From NCBI RefSeq assembly GCF_000022265.1, contig NC_011979.1, forward strand, positions 1,950,001-1,982,000: a stretch of DNA of 32,000 nt, read 5' to 3'. The notes beneath the pieces were generated by a model. The model was given only the letters and a program-made list of their open reading frames with translations, made no database searches and had not been told where the DNA came from. Positions 1 to 10,282 of this stretch are shown piece after piece (positions within the stretch are counted from its first letter, which is position 1; the number at the start of each line of letters is the position of its first letter). The DNA is from Geotalea daltonii FRC-32. GTDB lineage: Bacteria; Desulfobacterota; Desulfuromonadia; Geobacterales; Geobacteraceae. A program made the position numbers and the translations under genes.

Positions 1-261
1 CACCAGTTCCCTGGTCGGGGCAAGGATCAGCGCCCGTGGATGGTGTTCGGTGCCGGCTTTTTCCTGGTTCAATAGTCTGGTGAAGAGGGAGATGAGAAAG
101 GCGGCGGTCTTGCCGGTGCCAGTCTGGGCCTGTCCGGCCACATCTTTTCCCAGAAGAGCCGGAGGCAGGGCTTTTTCCTGGATAGGGGTACAATCGGTGA
201 AGCCGGTGTCGGCGATGCCCTTCAGCACCTGTTCCGGCAGATTCAAATCGGTGAATTTCAT
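1..261 (-). CDS. DEAD-box ATP-dependent RNA helicase, N-terminal part (gene runs off the window start)
   Basis: Reverse translation from ATG at 261-259 gives [60 protein letters not shown]...[12 protein letters not shown]. The Q-motif (GF..TPIQ), motif I AQTGTGKT and motif Ia PTRELV are visible. It is absent from the ORF track because it is open at the window edge. Confidence 0.85.
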   Translation of the reverse strand, partial: MKFTDLNLPEQVLKGIADTGFTDCTPIQEKALPPALLGKDVAGQAQTGTGKTAAFLISLFTRLLNQEKAGTEHHPRALILAPTRELV

Positions 262-304
262 GGGTTTAATCCTTCTTTTGGTATTTTGCAGTCATCCGGG
301 CTGG

Positions 305-727
305 TCAGGCCGAAGCGCGGCTCGCGAGGAATTCCTCAGCAGTGCAGACCGTGAGAACCGGCTTCCGGTAATCCTTTATGTTGCGCGTGATCAACCAGGC
401 GATCTCCTTGCTCAGTGCCGTCTGGTATTGAATGGCATCCTCGAAGTCGTTGAAGCCTGTGTTCAGCGCCAGGCCGATAATCTTGTCATCCACTGCCAGC
501 ACCGTCACCAGCTGCCGCAGCTTTTTCAGCACCTCTATGGCCTTTGGGGAGGAGAGCTCTTTTCTCAGGATGTAGAAGAGGTTGGCGAAGGTGAGCGACG
601 ACACGCATGCCTTAATTTCTCCCCTTTCCACGAGAGTGAAGAGCCGTGCAGCAGGCTGATAGAATGGTTCACGGCTGGTTAATATGTCGAGAATGATGTC
701 CGTATCGACGAAGACGGTTCTTTTCAC
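305..727 (-). CDS. vapC: PIN-domain ribonuclease toxin (VapC-like)
   Basis: 140-aa ORF starting MKRTVFVDTDIILD, with acidic residues spaced as in PIN domains (D8, E..., D near DFEDAIQ). It overlaps the upstream small gene by 4 bp. Confidence 0.8.
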   Translation of the reverse strand: MKRTVFVDTDIILDILTSREPFYQPAARLFTLVERGEIKACVSSLTFANLFYILRKELSSPKAIEVLKKLRQLVTVLAVDDKIIGLALNTGFNDFEDAIQYQTALSKEIAWLITRNIKDYRKPVLTVCTAEEFLASRASA

Positions 728-969
728 CGGTATTTCTCCGTCAGGTATGCAGCATATTCGTCCTTGCGACGTTTTACCCGGTCCGGTTTTATGAGCCCGG
801 ACAGTTCGGCCACCAGGGGAGTGATATGCTCCTCATGGGGAACAGAGCGGGTGATCTGCTGCAGATAGTTCTCAACCAGCTTTGACAGACTCTTATGCTG
901 CTTTCGGGAGAATTCCTTTGCTTGCTCGATGACGTCCTTCTCCAAGCTTAGTGTCAATTTTGCATTCAT
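724..969 (-). CDS. Type II antitoxin partner of the PIN toxin (DUF6364-like small protein)
   Basis: 81-aa ORF immediately upstream of the PIN gene, with a 4-bp overlap. Small, charged, and in the typical TA arrangement. Confidence 0.65.
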   Translation of the reverse strand: MNAKLTLSLEKDVIEQAKEFSRKQHKSLSKLVENYLQQITRSVPHEEHITPLVAELSGLIKPDRVKRRKDEYAAYLTEKYR

Positions 970-978
970 GATAGTACT

Positions 979-1015
979 CCTTTACGTATTATTTATCAGA
1001 ATAAATACGTAAAGG
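979..1015. promoter_or_regulatory. Inverted repeat upstream of the antitoxin gene (candidate TA operator)
   Basis: CCTTTACGTATT...AATACGTAAAGG has perfect 12-bp arms and starts 10 bp upstream of the antitoxin ATG. Confidence 0.4.
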
Positions 1016-1199
1016 CAAGGGTGATTGTAAGCAAAGCAGTGGTGCTGGCGCGACTACAAGCAAATTCTGGCAAAATTCCACGTTACGCTGTATGTTAACG
1101 TTGTAGTTAAGCCGCATCCGGGCTTCGGTCAGCCATGGATGACCTGGAGAGGCTGAAGGGAATGCTGCTCTAAAAACCAAAAAGATCACGGAAATTGAT

Positions 1200-1832
1200 A
1201 TGACCCAATCCTTCATCCACATCGAATCCCCCAATTACCTGAAAGCCGAAACCCTGGCCAGCCCGGCCGACTGGTCGGCCATCTTCGGCAACGATCGGCC
1301 GCTGGCCCTGGAAATAGGCTGCGGCATCGGCGATTTTATTGTGAAAACCGCCATGGATATGCCGGAAACCAATTTCATCGCCATCGATTATTACAATAAG
1401 GGGTGTTACAAGACCTGCCGCCGCATTGATCTCCACTGGCTGAACAATGTGCGGGTTCTGCGGGAAGAGGCACGGCAGTTTATCGTCGAGCGCATCGCCA
1501 AGGGCTCTTTGTCGGCTGTCTACATCAACTGCCCAGACCCGTGGCCGAAGAAGAAGCACCGTAAACGACGGCTGGTGAACCCCCAGTTCATGGACTTCCT
1601 CCGGGACTACCTGGCTCCTGGGGCAGATTTCTATTTTGCCACTGATTTCGACGACTACGGTATTGACGTGGCGGGGATGCTTCCCGGCGTGGAGGGATTC
1701 GAGAACTGTCTTGCCCCGGACCTTTACCGGCATGAGTTGGAGGGATATCATCTCTCCAAGTACATGCTCAAGTTCATGGGGGAGGGGAAGCGGATCTACT
1801 TCGTGCACTATGGGAAATCAGGTGCCCTTTGA
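1200..1832 (+). CDS. trmB: tRNA (guanine-N7)-methyltransferase
   Basis: 210-aa ORF with the SAM motif [10 protein letters not shown] and the TrmB hallmark [16 protein letters not shown]. Confidence 0.85.
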   Translation: MTQSFIHIESPNYLKAETLASPADWSAIFGNDRPLALEIGCGIGDFIVKTAMDMPETNFIAIDYYNKGCYKTCRRIDLHWLNNVRVLREEARQFIVERIAKGSLSAVYINCPDPWPKKKHRKRRLVNPQFMDFLRDYLAPGADFYFATDFDDYGIDVAGMLPGVEGFENCLAPDLYRHELEGYHLSKYMLKFMGEGKRIYFVHYGKSGAL

Positions 1833-1848
1833 TCAGGCACCTGTTTGA

Positions 1849-4305
1849 CTACTCTTCCTGAAACTGTTCGACAGCTGCCTGCAATCTGCCTATCTGTCTC
1901 CCGAGCTTGTCGAGGGAGTCATTCAGAGTCTGTACCGAACTTAGTTCTTCATCTGTGGCAATGCGGATGTTTTCCACCGCATTTATGATGCGCTCACTTC
2001 CCTTGCCCTGCTCCTGTGTTTCAACCATGATCTGACTGATCATGTCGCTCACATGCTCGGTTGCCTTAGTGATCTGTCCCCCCACGAGACATTGCTCCTG
2101 GGTGGCGTTTTTTACGATCCTTGCCAGGTCTCCCATGCTTGAGGCGGCCTTTTGAACTATTTCTCCACCTTTCTCCTGCTCCCGGTTGGCCGTTGCAATC
2201 TGGCTTACCATTTCACTCATCTGATGCATGGCCGTACTGACATATTGACTGGTGGTCGCCTGTTCATCCATGGACCGAGCGATCAAGTCGACCCTTTGTG
2301 AATTCTGTTTCACTCCCTCGACGATCTTGATGAGAGCCTCTTCCGAGGATCGGGAAAGTTTTTCTCCCTGCGTAACCTGGCTGGTCGCATCCTTGATGGC
2401 CTTGACTGCACGCTCCGTTTCCCCCTGAATGCCGCGGATGACGTCGGCGATCTCCCTGGTGGAATTTTTTGTCCGGTCAGCCAGTTCCTTGATCTCATCG
2501 GCCACTACAGCAAAGCTCTTGCCGTGCTCGCCCGCCTGCGCCGCAATGATCGATGCATTGAGTGCAAGCAGGTTTGTCTGGCCGGTCACCTCGTCGATGA
2601 CCGCCAGAATGGTTCCGATATTGTCCACATTGGCTGACAGATTGTTGATGGCGTCTGCAGTGACCATAGTTGAAGAGTTGATGGCCTTAATGCCCTCGAT
2701 GATGGCGTCCACCGACTGTTTCCCGTGGTTGGCGTCATTCAGTACCTGCTCCGCTATCAACACGCTTTCTCTTGTCGTTTTCTCAACCTGCTTGATGGTG
2801 GCATCCATCTGGGTGGCAGATGCGGAGGTATTTGACGCCGAGTCAGACAGGGTAGTTACGTTGGCGCCAACCTGGTGAATGGCTGCCGTCATCTGGGTAA
2901 CAGAAGCGCTTACCTGTTCCACCATGTCGGCAAGAGCATCCATGTTGATAGCCGTCTCTTCGATGCCGGCAACCATTTCCGTAATCGAGGAAGAGGTCTG
3001 GGAGGCGGAAGAGGAAAGACCATCGACACTGCCGGTAACCTTTTTCACGGATGAACTGATTTCCATGACTGTAGCTGAAGTCTGCTGAACATTATCCACC
3101 TGCTGCCTTGCCGAAACCACAACTTGGGTGGAAACCTCTTGCAGCGTTGATGAAATCTGTGCCAATTCATTGCTGGACTGGCGGACACGATTGACAACCA
3201 TGCTCAGATTTTCAGTCATGTTATTTATATCAACCGCGAGCTGACCTATCTCGTCGGATGTGCCCACTTCCAGTTTCTCTGCCAGATCCCAGTTTGTCGT
3301 CACATGCTGGATGTGATTTCGCAGGGATGTGAACAGTTTCATGCTTTTCTTCAAGGATAAATAGAGCGGCAGCAGTGCTCCTGCCATGATGCCTGCGAAA
3401 AGCAGTATATTGATAAGGATTCCCTTCCAAATGGAGGTATAGAGCTGAGAGACATCTTTGGTAGAAAGGAGGATGCCGGCAGCGGTGCCGGACGCGTCAA
3501 GTACAGGGCTGATTCCGACCACATATCTGCTGTTGCCGATGGTGATGGTTTGCACAAGATCTTCTTTTAGGCCCTGGTTTAACTTTCGGCCCAGCTTGGC
3601 CGCCAGTTGCAGCGTCTTTTCAGGGGCTGTCGATTCGAGAATGGTGAAATTGCCTGCCTTTTTCTTGTTTATCTCCGCCTTCCTCAGTTTGATGAAGTCT
3701 TCCACGAGAAAAAGGCTCACATCATTGCCGGTAATCCCCTTCATCTGGTCAAAGACGTGGTCGATTTCCTGGGCTACTTCCAGATATCCGACCGGGTTCC
3801 CTGCGTGGGAAATGGGACGGACGCTGCGCAGTGAGAAGAAATTTTTTCCCATCTCGAGGCCGCTTGCTATATTGCCGGTGGCGGCCGCCTGAAGATAGGT
3901 CGCCCTTTGCAACCGGTCTCCTGACTGCTCGGGTTTGTGGGCTCTCAAAAACACCGTGCCGTCAGGTTCGATGAAATAAAGATGGGTGATGTTGTTGTTC
4001 TGTTTCAGTTCTGCGAGAATTGCCGCAGCGTTTAGCATGAGGAGTTCGCGGTTTTTTGCCGCAAAAGGGGCGATTATGTCATCGAGCCGGTCCAGGCCCG
4101 AATGGGCGCGGGCAAGTCCTTCGCCGTCGATGGCGATCATTGATTTGAAAAGCCGGCTCTCATCGTGGGCCAGTTGACTATGACTCTGCTCTATTTGACG
4201 TAACTGGTTAAAGTAGCTCCATAAGCCCATCACCAGACTTCCAGCGAAGAATATGCCGGCTAGGGTAGCCAACACCCGCTGCTTAATGGTGAACCCCTTC
4301 TTCAT
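1849..4305 (-). CDS. Methyl-accepting chemotaxis protein with large periplasmic (Cache-like) sensor, HAMP and long signalling domain
   Basis: 818 aa. N-terminal TM, ~280-aa extracytoplasmic region, second TM, then HAMP ([14 protein letters not shown]). The conserved MCP hairpin tip [36 protein letters not shown] is present. Confidence 0.9.
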   Translation of the reverse strand: MKKGFTIKQRVLATLAGIFFAGSLVMGLWSYFNQLRQIEQSHSQLAHDESRLFKSMIAIDGEGLARAHSGLDRLDDIIAPFAAKNRELLMLNAAAILAELKQNNNITHLYFIEPDGTVFLRAHKPEQSGDRLQRATYLQAAATGNIASGLEMGKNFFSLRSVRPISHAGNPVGYLEVAQEIDHVFDQMKGITGNDVSLFLVEDFIKLRKAEINKKKAGNFTILESTAPEKTLQLAAKLGRKLNQGLKEDLVQTITIGNSRYVVGISPVLDASGTAAGILLSTKDVSQLYTSIWKGILINILLFAGIMAGALLPLYLSLKKSMKLFTSLRNHIQHVTTNWDLAEKLEVGTSDEIGQLAVDINNMTENLSMVVNRVRQSSNELAQISSTLQEVSTQVVVSARQQVDNVQQTSATVMEISSSVKKVTGSVDGLSSSASQTSSSITEMVAGIEETAINMDALADMVEQVSASVTQMTAAIHQVGANVTTLSDSASNTSASATQMDATIKQVEKTTRESVLIAEQVLNDANHGKQSVDAIIEGIKAINSSTMVTADAINNLSANVDNIGTILAVIDEVTGQTNLLALNASIIAAQAGEHGKSFAVVADEIKELADRTKNSTREIADVIRGIQGETERAVKAIKDATSQVTQGEKLSRSSEEALIKIVEGVKQNSQRVDLIARSMDEQATTSQYVSTAMHQMSEMVSQIATANREQEKGGEIVQKAASSMGDLARIVKNATQEQCLVGGQITKATEHVSDMISQIMVETQEQGKGSERIINAVENIRIATDEELSSVQTLNDSLDKLGRQIGRLQAAVEQFQEE

Positions 4306-4395
4306 GAAACCCCCTCTTCAATCATAATAGAAAAAGGGATGAGCAAATGTTGTACCGTGCTCATTAGGTGAGGGTCCTCCAGGATATGAAGACGC

Positions 4396-7344
4396 TTATC
4401 CGTGGCCTAAAGTCCGCAACAGGTGCAGTCTGATGGCATCGGCGAATGCTTCGTCCCGATCACCCTCATAGACTAGCGAAGAGCCTATCTCGGCTGCCAG
4501 GATGGCAAAAAGGTATTTCTGAGGCAATTTTTTGACACGCTGCCGGTAACGGGGCTCCTCCCTGAGCATGCGGGGGAGGTGATTGAGAATGGCCTTACGG
4601 AACAGAGGCTGCAGGCACAGCTCCGGGTGGCTCTGGAAATATCTGAAGAGACGGGCGTAATGACCATTGATCTCGCTGCTCAGTGCATCGGAAATTTCCG
4701 TGTAGAGGAGTAGCGGGTCCTCCCGGTGGCGTTTCAGAATGATCCTTGCTTCATCGGCGGCTCTTTTCTCCAGGATCTGCAGCACGTCCGACACATACCG
4801 TTCCTTGTGTTCCATGAACTCCTGCTCGGTCAGGAGCAGATTGGCTATGATCTCGTAGGAAGAGGAGATGACGCCGCATTTGTTGGCCGAGGCATCGCGC
4901 ATGATGATGACTCCCTTTTGCTGCAGCTGGACACGGGCTTCCGGGGTGAGAAAGGAATTGGCTCCCTCGATGACGACCCTGGACGATGGTCTGCCGTCGT
5001 CCAGGAAATACTGCTGCCAGTTGTCCCGGTCGATGGTCTCGGGGCGTCCCCCTGCGGGTATGAACAAATCGGCTTCCACCGTGAAAGGCAGGCTGTCGAA
5101 TTCCCTATGAAACTCATCATTGGAGATCCATTCCTCTGCCAGACCGGTTTCGGTTTTCCTGACCTTGCGGTAGAGCTCCTTCAACCCGTCCTTGCGGCTG
5201 CCGGTGCGAAAGAGCATGAATCCCCCCTGGTGCAAAGCCGCCGGATCAAAGGCATCCAGATCTTTTTTCAGCACTATCCGCGAGAGCTCGTTCCTGTCTG
5301 CCCCTGAAGGATCAAAGAGGGCAGCCGTGCCGTCGAGGATGAGACGGATGGACATCCGGGGACAGCGGTCAAGCATGATGCGCATGGCGTTGCCGGCCAC
5401 ATCGCCGTTAGGCCCGCCTGTGAACTTGACGCTGAAAAGATCCCGACCCATGCATATGCCCACATGCTCCATGGTGATCTCGGCAAACCGCACCACGCCT
5501 GTGGAGGTTACGCCATACTCCTTGTGGTTGATGCCCACTTTCTTGCTGGAGATGATGCCGATGCCGAGCATGTAGCCCCTTTGGGCGGAAAGTCTGGCGA
5601 TGGTTTCGATCATGGAGTCGTGCATATTTTCATCGGGACCTATTTCAATGGGCTCGTCTTCCCGGTAGTAATCCTTGACCCGAGGATCGCTGGCAATGCC
5701 GCCGTCAGTTATGAAAATATCCAGGAAGGCGTTGATGATGCCGTATTGCAGCTTGTAGAGGCGCCAAGTCTCCATTTCCCGCTCCCGCGGACTGAGATCG
5801 GAAACATTCAGCACCATCACCAGTTTGGAGCCCCCCTCGTAAATATCCTTGTTTTTCAGGTGCTGTGTATGGGCGAGAACGAAGTTTTCCCGAAAGAGGG
5901 TGCTGACTGCAGCACGAAAATCATCATCGCTGCGGGCGATGATCGTGCGCCAGCCTCCCCGGGCGATGTCGGAAAAACCTATGTGATAACCAAAACCGAA
6001 GCGACTGAAGAAAAAGGTAATGCGAAAAGGTATTGCCTGGGGCAGGTCGGCGGTGAATTCGGGGCCAAGTGCGGCCAGGTAGGCAGGGTCCAGGCGAAAA
6101 GCCAGGGCTTGTTTCTCAAGGACGAAAAAATTTGTCTTTAAAGTATGGGTGATGAAGACCAGGCAAGAGCGGAAGATCGTCCGGCGAAGTTCGTCAAAAT
6201 GTTTATGCCCGGTGTTGTACTCGTCCACCTCCCGTTTGGTATCGGCGAGTATCGTTGCATAAGTGGCTTCAGTAGTACCGGTTGGATCGAAGCGTGTCCG
6301 GAAAAGGCGGACCAATTGCAGGGCCATTTCCGGATGTGAGTGGAAGGCACTTTTCACTTCCGATTCATCGAATCTGTCAGGATTGTTGTGGGACAGACTG
6401 CTATGACAGAAGGCCATGAAGGCGCTGATCAGCGAAGCGTCTTCGCCATTCATCAGGCTGTTCATGACCAGATCACGGTACAGCAGGGATTTCGTGGATA
6501 AAATCTGGGTATTATAGAGCTCCTGCTGCAGACGGGTGAAAACCTGATCCTCTTTTGCCAGCGGTTCTCCGTCCCGGTGCAGCACATAGAACGTGCCAAG
6601 GAAATACGGGTGGACGCCGTTGGAGACGGTCAGGCAATAGGCCCGGTTGACGGCCAGCGACAGCCGGTTGAAGACCTCCATTACCTGAAAGAGAAAATCC
6701 TTTTGTGGGGGATTGCCGACAGCAAACAGGATTCTGGACTCCCTGCCCCCTGGCAGTTGTTCCAACCCCAGATAAAGCCCCCCCTGCTGATTACCCCTTT
6801 GGAGCAGCTGCAGAATCCGGGCAACCCTGATCGGCGGCGATATCCTGACATAGTTCTCATTATTCAGCCAGAGGATGCGGAGTAGCCGGTCCAGGTCTTT
6901 CAAATCAAAGGCGGGAAACCGGCTTTTCAGCTCGCTGACGATCTTTCTTCTGATGGGAGATGGTACCTCAACGTTCCTGCCGCCAACTATCTCTTCATTA
7001 CTTTTGCGGTCGAACTCGAAACGCTGGATTTCCAGTGCCTGTTCCATGCCCGGCATCAGTCCATGGGAATGGGTAAACATGGCATAGGAAATATCCCGCT
7101 CCTGAAACCGGCGGAGTGAATCATACAGGGTCCCGGGAGCGTTGACCATGGCCATGATGAAGGTCTTGTCCCGGTCGGCAAGGATCAGTCTGCGGTTTTC
7201 CCGCAGTGTCCCCAGTCCCTTCTCCAGCAGAGTGAGTGCTCCGGGTTCATCCTTCATGGAGATGAAAAAGTAAGGGTTCATCTGCTCTTTGAGCCAGTGA
7301 ACGTTTGCGTTTTCGCCTTTTTTCGCAGTGATTGGACTCTTCAT
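4396..7344 (-). CDS. Large-form NAD-specific glutamate dehydrogenase-like protein (about 980 aa)
   Basis: Long ORF. I prefer the ATG at 7344 (MKSPITAKK) because GGAGG lies 8 nt upstream. ARGGWR...DDFR...AHTQHLKNKDIYEGGSK and GPDENM...GINHKEYGVTSTGV...TGGPNGDVAGN resemble the catalytic and Rossmann regions of bacterial large GDHs, recalled from memory. Confidence 0.6.
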   Translation of the reverse strand: MKSPITAKKGENANVHWLKEQMNPYFFISMKDEPGALTLLEKGLGTLRENRRLILADRDKTFIMAMVNAPGTLYDSLRRFQERDISYAMFTHSHGLMPGMEQALEIQRFEFDRKSNEEIVGGRNVEVPSPIRRKIVSELKSRFPAFDLKDLDRLLRILWLNNENYVRISPPIRVARILQLLQRGNQQGGLYLGLEQLPGGRESRILFAVGNPPQKDFLFQVMEVFNRLSLAVNRAYCLTVSNGVHPYFLGTFYVLHRDGEPLAKEDQVFTRLQQELYNTQILSTKSLLYRDLVMNSLMNGEDASLISAFMAFCHSSLSHNNPDRFDESEVKSAFHSHPEMALQLVRLFRTRFDPTGTTEATYATILADTKREVDEYNTGHKHFDELRRTIFRSCLVFITHTLKTNFFVLEKQALAFRLDPAYLAALGPEFTADLPQAIPFRITFFFSRFGFGYHIGFSDIARGGWRTIIARSDDDFRAAVSTLFRENFVLAHTQHLKNKDIYEGGSKLVMVLNVSDLSPREREMETWRLYKLQYGIINAFLDIFITDGGIASDPRVKDYYREDEPIEIGPDENMHDSMIETIARLSAQRGYMLGIGIISSKKVGINHKEYGVTSTGVVRFAEITMEHVGICMGRDLFSVKFTGGPNGDVAGNAMRIMLDRCPRMSIRLILDGTAALFDPSGADRNELSRIVLKKDLDAFDPAALHQGGFMLFRTGSRKDGLKELYRKVRKTETGLAEEWISNDEFHREFDSLPFTVEADLFIPAGGRPETIDRDNWQQYFLDDGRPSSRVVIEGANSFLTPEARVQLQQKGVIIMRDASANKCGVISSSYEIIANLLLTEQEFMEHKERYVSDVLQILEKRAADEARIILKRHREDPLLLYTEISDALSSEINGHYARLFRYFQSHPELCLQPLFRKAILNHLPRMLREEPRYRQRVKKLPQKYLFAILAAEIGSSLVYEGDRDEAFADAIRLHLLRTLGHG

Positions 7345-7510
7345 TGTTGTCGCCTCCATAACGCCAATAGCTCGCGCCACTCCATTACCTTAGGAGTATA
7401 TCCTTCGAATTAGAAAATAAACCATGGGAGTGGCAGGGATGCAAGGTGAAAATTGGAGGGAAGCAGCGGAGGCAAGTGGCCGACAGCATGCATTGGCAGG
7501 TATCAGAGGT

Positions 7511-7538
7511 AAAAAAAGCCCCGGTTTTCACCAAGGCT
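7511..7538 (-). terminator. Intrinsic terminator after the csp gene
   Basis: Minus strand reads AGCCUUGG-UGAAAA-CCGGGGCU followed by U7. Confidence 0.5.
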
Positions 7539-7563
7539 TATTAAGCATCCATTTGTTCGAGAA

Positions 7564-7764
7564 CTACATTCTGGTCACATTTGCCGCCTGGAGACCCTTG
7601 GGTCCTCTGGTTACGTCAAAGGTTACCTTATCGCCTTCGGTGAGAGATTTGAATCCATCACCCGTTATGGCAGAAAAATGGACGAACACATCCTCACCGT
7701 TCTCCTGCTCAAGAAAACCGAACCCCTTGCTGTCGTTAAACCATTTTACCGTGCCTTTTTCCAT
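7564..7764 (-). CDS. Cold-shock protein, CspA family
   Basis: 66 aa, [33 protein letters not shown], with RNP1 (KGFGF) and RNP2 (VFVHF) motifs. Confidence 0.95.
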   Translation of the reverse strand: MEKGTVKWFNDSKGFGFLEQENGEDVFVHFSAITGDGFKSLTEGDKVTFDVTRGPKGLQAANVTRM

Positions 7765-7822
7765 TACTTTTTATCTCCTGGTTGATGTGATTTTATCCGG
7801 AGTATTTCCGGATATTGAAAAA

Positions 7823-7850
7823 ACTCTAACAAATAATTCAACGTTGTCAA
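7823..7850 (-). promoter_or_regulatory. Candidate sigma-70 promoter of the csp gene
   Basis: Minus strand reads TTGACA-N16-TAGAGT. The leader contains a perfect 8-bp hairpin, TATCCGGA-N5-TCCGGATA, at 7794-7814. Confidence 0.35.
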
Positions 7851-7896
7851 AAGAGGGCTAATTATATTTATTTAATTTTTAAATGCAACAAAAAAA

Positions 7897-8529
7897 TCAG
7901 ATCAAACCTTCCCTGGAGAGGGAGTCTGTAATCTCATCAGCCAGATCCTTGCTCACACTTACGGCATTGCCCGGTTCCGAACTCTCAAAAGTAGCTGCCC
8001 AGACCAGTTTGCTGCTGCTTGTATCGAAGAGATGCACCTGTATGGTGGCAACGTTATAGGTGGTGACCACGGGGGGCTCATAAAAGGTCGATGCGCCTCC
8101 GTAATAGCCATACATGTCCCAGTATGGAAATGCTGAGGGATACCAGTAGCCTGGATAATTATCCATATAGCCGGGCTGGACATTGGTCCTTTTTTCCATG
8201 TTGGTGGTCTGCATGCAGAGAATCCCTTCGGCTCCCGATTCCTGCACCGCTTTTTCCAGCGCCTGCCTTTTGGCGAGTGTATCTCCATTCTTCAGGTACA
8301 TGTGGGCAGGCACCGCTTCGACACCTCTCTGCTTGAGTTCTGCACTAAGCACGTCTTCATATATTTTCTGGTTACTGTGGTTTTTGGTAACCCGTGAGAC
8401 CAGCAGCTTCTGATACTTCTTGCCCTGGTTCGGTGCATGCCATGAGTCGACCATACGGGTTGCTGCACAAGAAGTAACAAACATCATCAGCAACAGGAGC
8501 ACCGGGAATTTTGCATGGAATGGCTGCAT
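7897..8529 (-). CDS. Lipoprotein, DUF4136-like
   Basis: Signal peptide with lipobox (FVTSC), AGGAGG 7 nt upstream, and a C-terminal KLVWAATFES pattern typical of DUF4136 (from memory). Confidence 0.6.
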   Translation of the reverse strand: MQPFHAKFPVLLLLMMFVTSCAATRMVDSWHAPNQGKKYQKLLVSRVTKNHSNQKIYEDVLSAELKQRGVEAVPAHMYLKNGDTLAKRQALEKAVQESGAEGILCMQTTNMEKRTNVQPGYMDNYPGYWYPSAFPYWDMYGYYGGASTFYEPPVVTTYNVATIQVHLFDTSSSKLVWAATFESSEPGNAVSVSKDLADEITDSLSREGLI

Positions 8530-8622
8530 GTGGTAACCTCCTAAATGAAGTATGTTTAATTATACCATGAATCTATTCGGTGCAAGACAGATTGGGAGCA
8601 ATGTGGCTGGATCGGGGGAGGA

Positions 8623-9906
8623 ATGCCTCAGAAGGTATTTGAGACAATAAGGACCGGTATCGAGGCCTTTTATGGTGGGGCCGCCGCCCTGGTTGTCAAG
8701 TACGATGAAGTTTCTAAAACCGAGCGAAACGGCCGGTTTGCCTTTGCCAGGAAAATAAGAACAGAGGCGGGTGATTTCGCCTTTCACTTTAAGCGGAGCG
8801 ATATTCCCTTCACCGATACCGAGAGGAAATTCGGGGAGGAGCTCGCCTCTGCCTTCCAGGTGCTGTTCAACGGCTTCAAGAAAAATGGCCATGAAGCCCA
8901 TTACCGGACAGCCCTGCTTTCTTCGCTGATGGATATAGCCATTGCCCGGTATCTGCGCCGTGAGCACCATCGGGCTTTCTGGTCCATCCAGAGGCTCATC
9001 CAGATGCTGAAGAACCTGTCTTATCACCGCAACGAGGGGGTACCGGCCACTACCGGCTTCATCATCTACCGAAAGCAACTGCATGCCTTCCGCGATGCCT
9101 GCAGCGGTCCCGAATTTTCCTGGAATGTTTTCAAACCCAACCTGAGTATTTCGCCGGAATTCTTCGCCTCTCCCCTGACATACCGGCTGGTGGACGGCAT
9201 GGGAACCTACTTCACCAGCAACATCAACATGCGTGTTACCGGCATGATCAAGTTCGACAGTTATGGACACTGCGATGCCGTAGAGCGCCTGTACCATGCC
9301 AACACGTTCGGTCTTTTGAACAGGGCAGGGAAAGGGGCTTTTGCCGTGGATATCAATTTCAGTTCCGAGCTGGAGGTAATGACCTGTCCCGACAAGCTCT
9401 TTGTCTGGCGCAGGGGAAACTGGAGCCTGTTCGATCCGGACATCTACAAGTATTTTCTCGATGGGAGCATGGACGAGCGGGAACAGGAGCTGTTGATCAT
9501 GACCCTGTACTCACTGTCCAAGATCCGCCACGGTACCATTGTTCTTATCTGCGAGCAGGAAAAACGAGTTCTGGATTCCCTGAAGAAGGGCTCGGTCGGG
9601 GGGCATGATTCGCTGAGCAGCATGCTCATCGACCAGGTGAAGGATCTGAAGGTGAGTGATCTGAAGAATTCCGGGCAATTGGTGAGGATTCTTTCTTCTG
9701 ATGGCTTGACGGTATTCAACGAAAAGGGTGAATTGCTGGATACGGGTCTGATAATAGACACATCCATGACCCCTGACCTCATAACCGGCGGGGGGAGAAC
9801 AACGGCGGCAAGCGCTGCGTCGCTGTTGGGGAAGGTGATCAAGGTCTCGGAAGATGGGCCGATACAGCTCTATGACAAGGGAAAGCTGGTCTACATGTTC
9901 GGCTGA
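8623..9906 (+). CDS. Hypothetical protein with C-terminal DisA_N/diadenylate-cyclase-like domain (catalytic motifs substituted)
   Basis: 427-aa ORF. The C-terminal ~130 aa (HGTIVLI...SSDGLTVFNEKGELLDTGLII...GGGRTTAASAASLLGKVIKVSEDGPIQLYDKGKLV) follow the DAC-domain pattern, but DGA is replaced by DGL and (G)TRHR by GGRT. Confidence 0.55.
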   Translation: MPQKVFETIRTGIEAFYGGAAALVVKYDEVSKTERNGRFAFARKIRTEAGDFAFHFKRSDIPFTDTERKFGEELASAFQVLFNGFKKNGHEAHYRTALLSSLMDIAIARYLRREHHRAFWSIQRLIQMLKNLSYHRNEGVPATTGFIIYRKQLHAFRDACSGPEFSWNVFKPNLSISPEFFASPLTYRLVDGMGTYFTSNINMRVTGMIKFDSYGHCDAVERLYHANTFGLLNRAGKGAFAVDINFSSELEVMTCPDKLFVWRRGNWSLFDPDIYKYFLDGSMDEREQELLIMTLYSLSKIRHGTIVLICEQEKRVLDSLKKGSVGGHDSLSSMLIDQVKDLKVSDLKNSGQLVRILSSDGLTVFNEKGELLDTGLIIDTSMTPDLITGGGRTTAASAASLLGKVIKVSEDGPIQLYDKGKLVYMFG

Positions 9907-10001
9907 CGGACAGGAACCCTGGCATACACCAGATACTTTCCAACCCCTCGCTCACTTAAGTCCGGCATCTCGGCTGCCTGCTTGCGTTATTCAAAGGCAA
10001 G

Positions 10002-10268
10002 TCAGATGAAAAAACCGCTCAGGCGTGTATGGAGATCAGTGTCGGTGCCGGCTTCCTTTGTTACCAGTGCTTTGCGTTCCCTGAGGGGCATCAGCTTGAT
10101 GAGGTGTTTCCGGGCACCGGCTTCATTGCCGGCTATGGCAGTTGCCATCGTGCAAAGGATCGGCAAGGGGAGTCCGTTACGGTATCCTTCGATGAGCTTG
10201 CCGATCTCTTCCCGCCGCTTTTCATCGGTCCATGATCTGTAAATATCGGCGCCTATATTTTCAATCAT
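10002..10268 (-). CDS. Small hypothetical protein co-transcribed with cheD
   Basis: 88-aa ORF starting 14 nt after the cheD stop, with AGGAAAGG upstream. No recognisable domain. Confidence 0.4.
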   Translation of the reverse strand: MIENIGADIYRSWTDEKRREEIGKLIEGYRNGLPLPILCTMATAIAGNEAGARKHLIKLMPLRERKALVTKEAGTDTDLHTRLSGFFI

Positions 10269-10282
10269 ACATACCTTTCCTG

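Noticed and set aside
1170-1808. 212-aa minus-strand ORF
   Set aside because: It is antisense to trmB, whose identity is supported by strong motifs.
8560-9297. 245-aa minus-strand ORF
   Set aside because: It is antisense to the longer 427-aa plus-strand ORF, which carries the DAC-like domain. It has no RBS or recognisable motifs.
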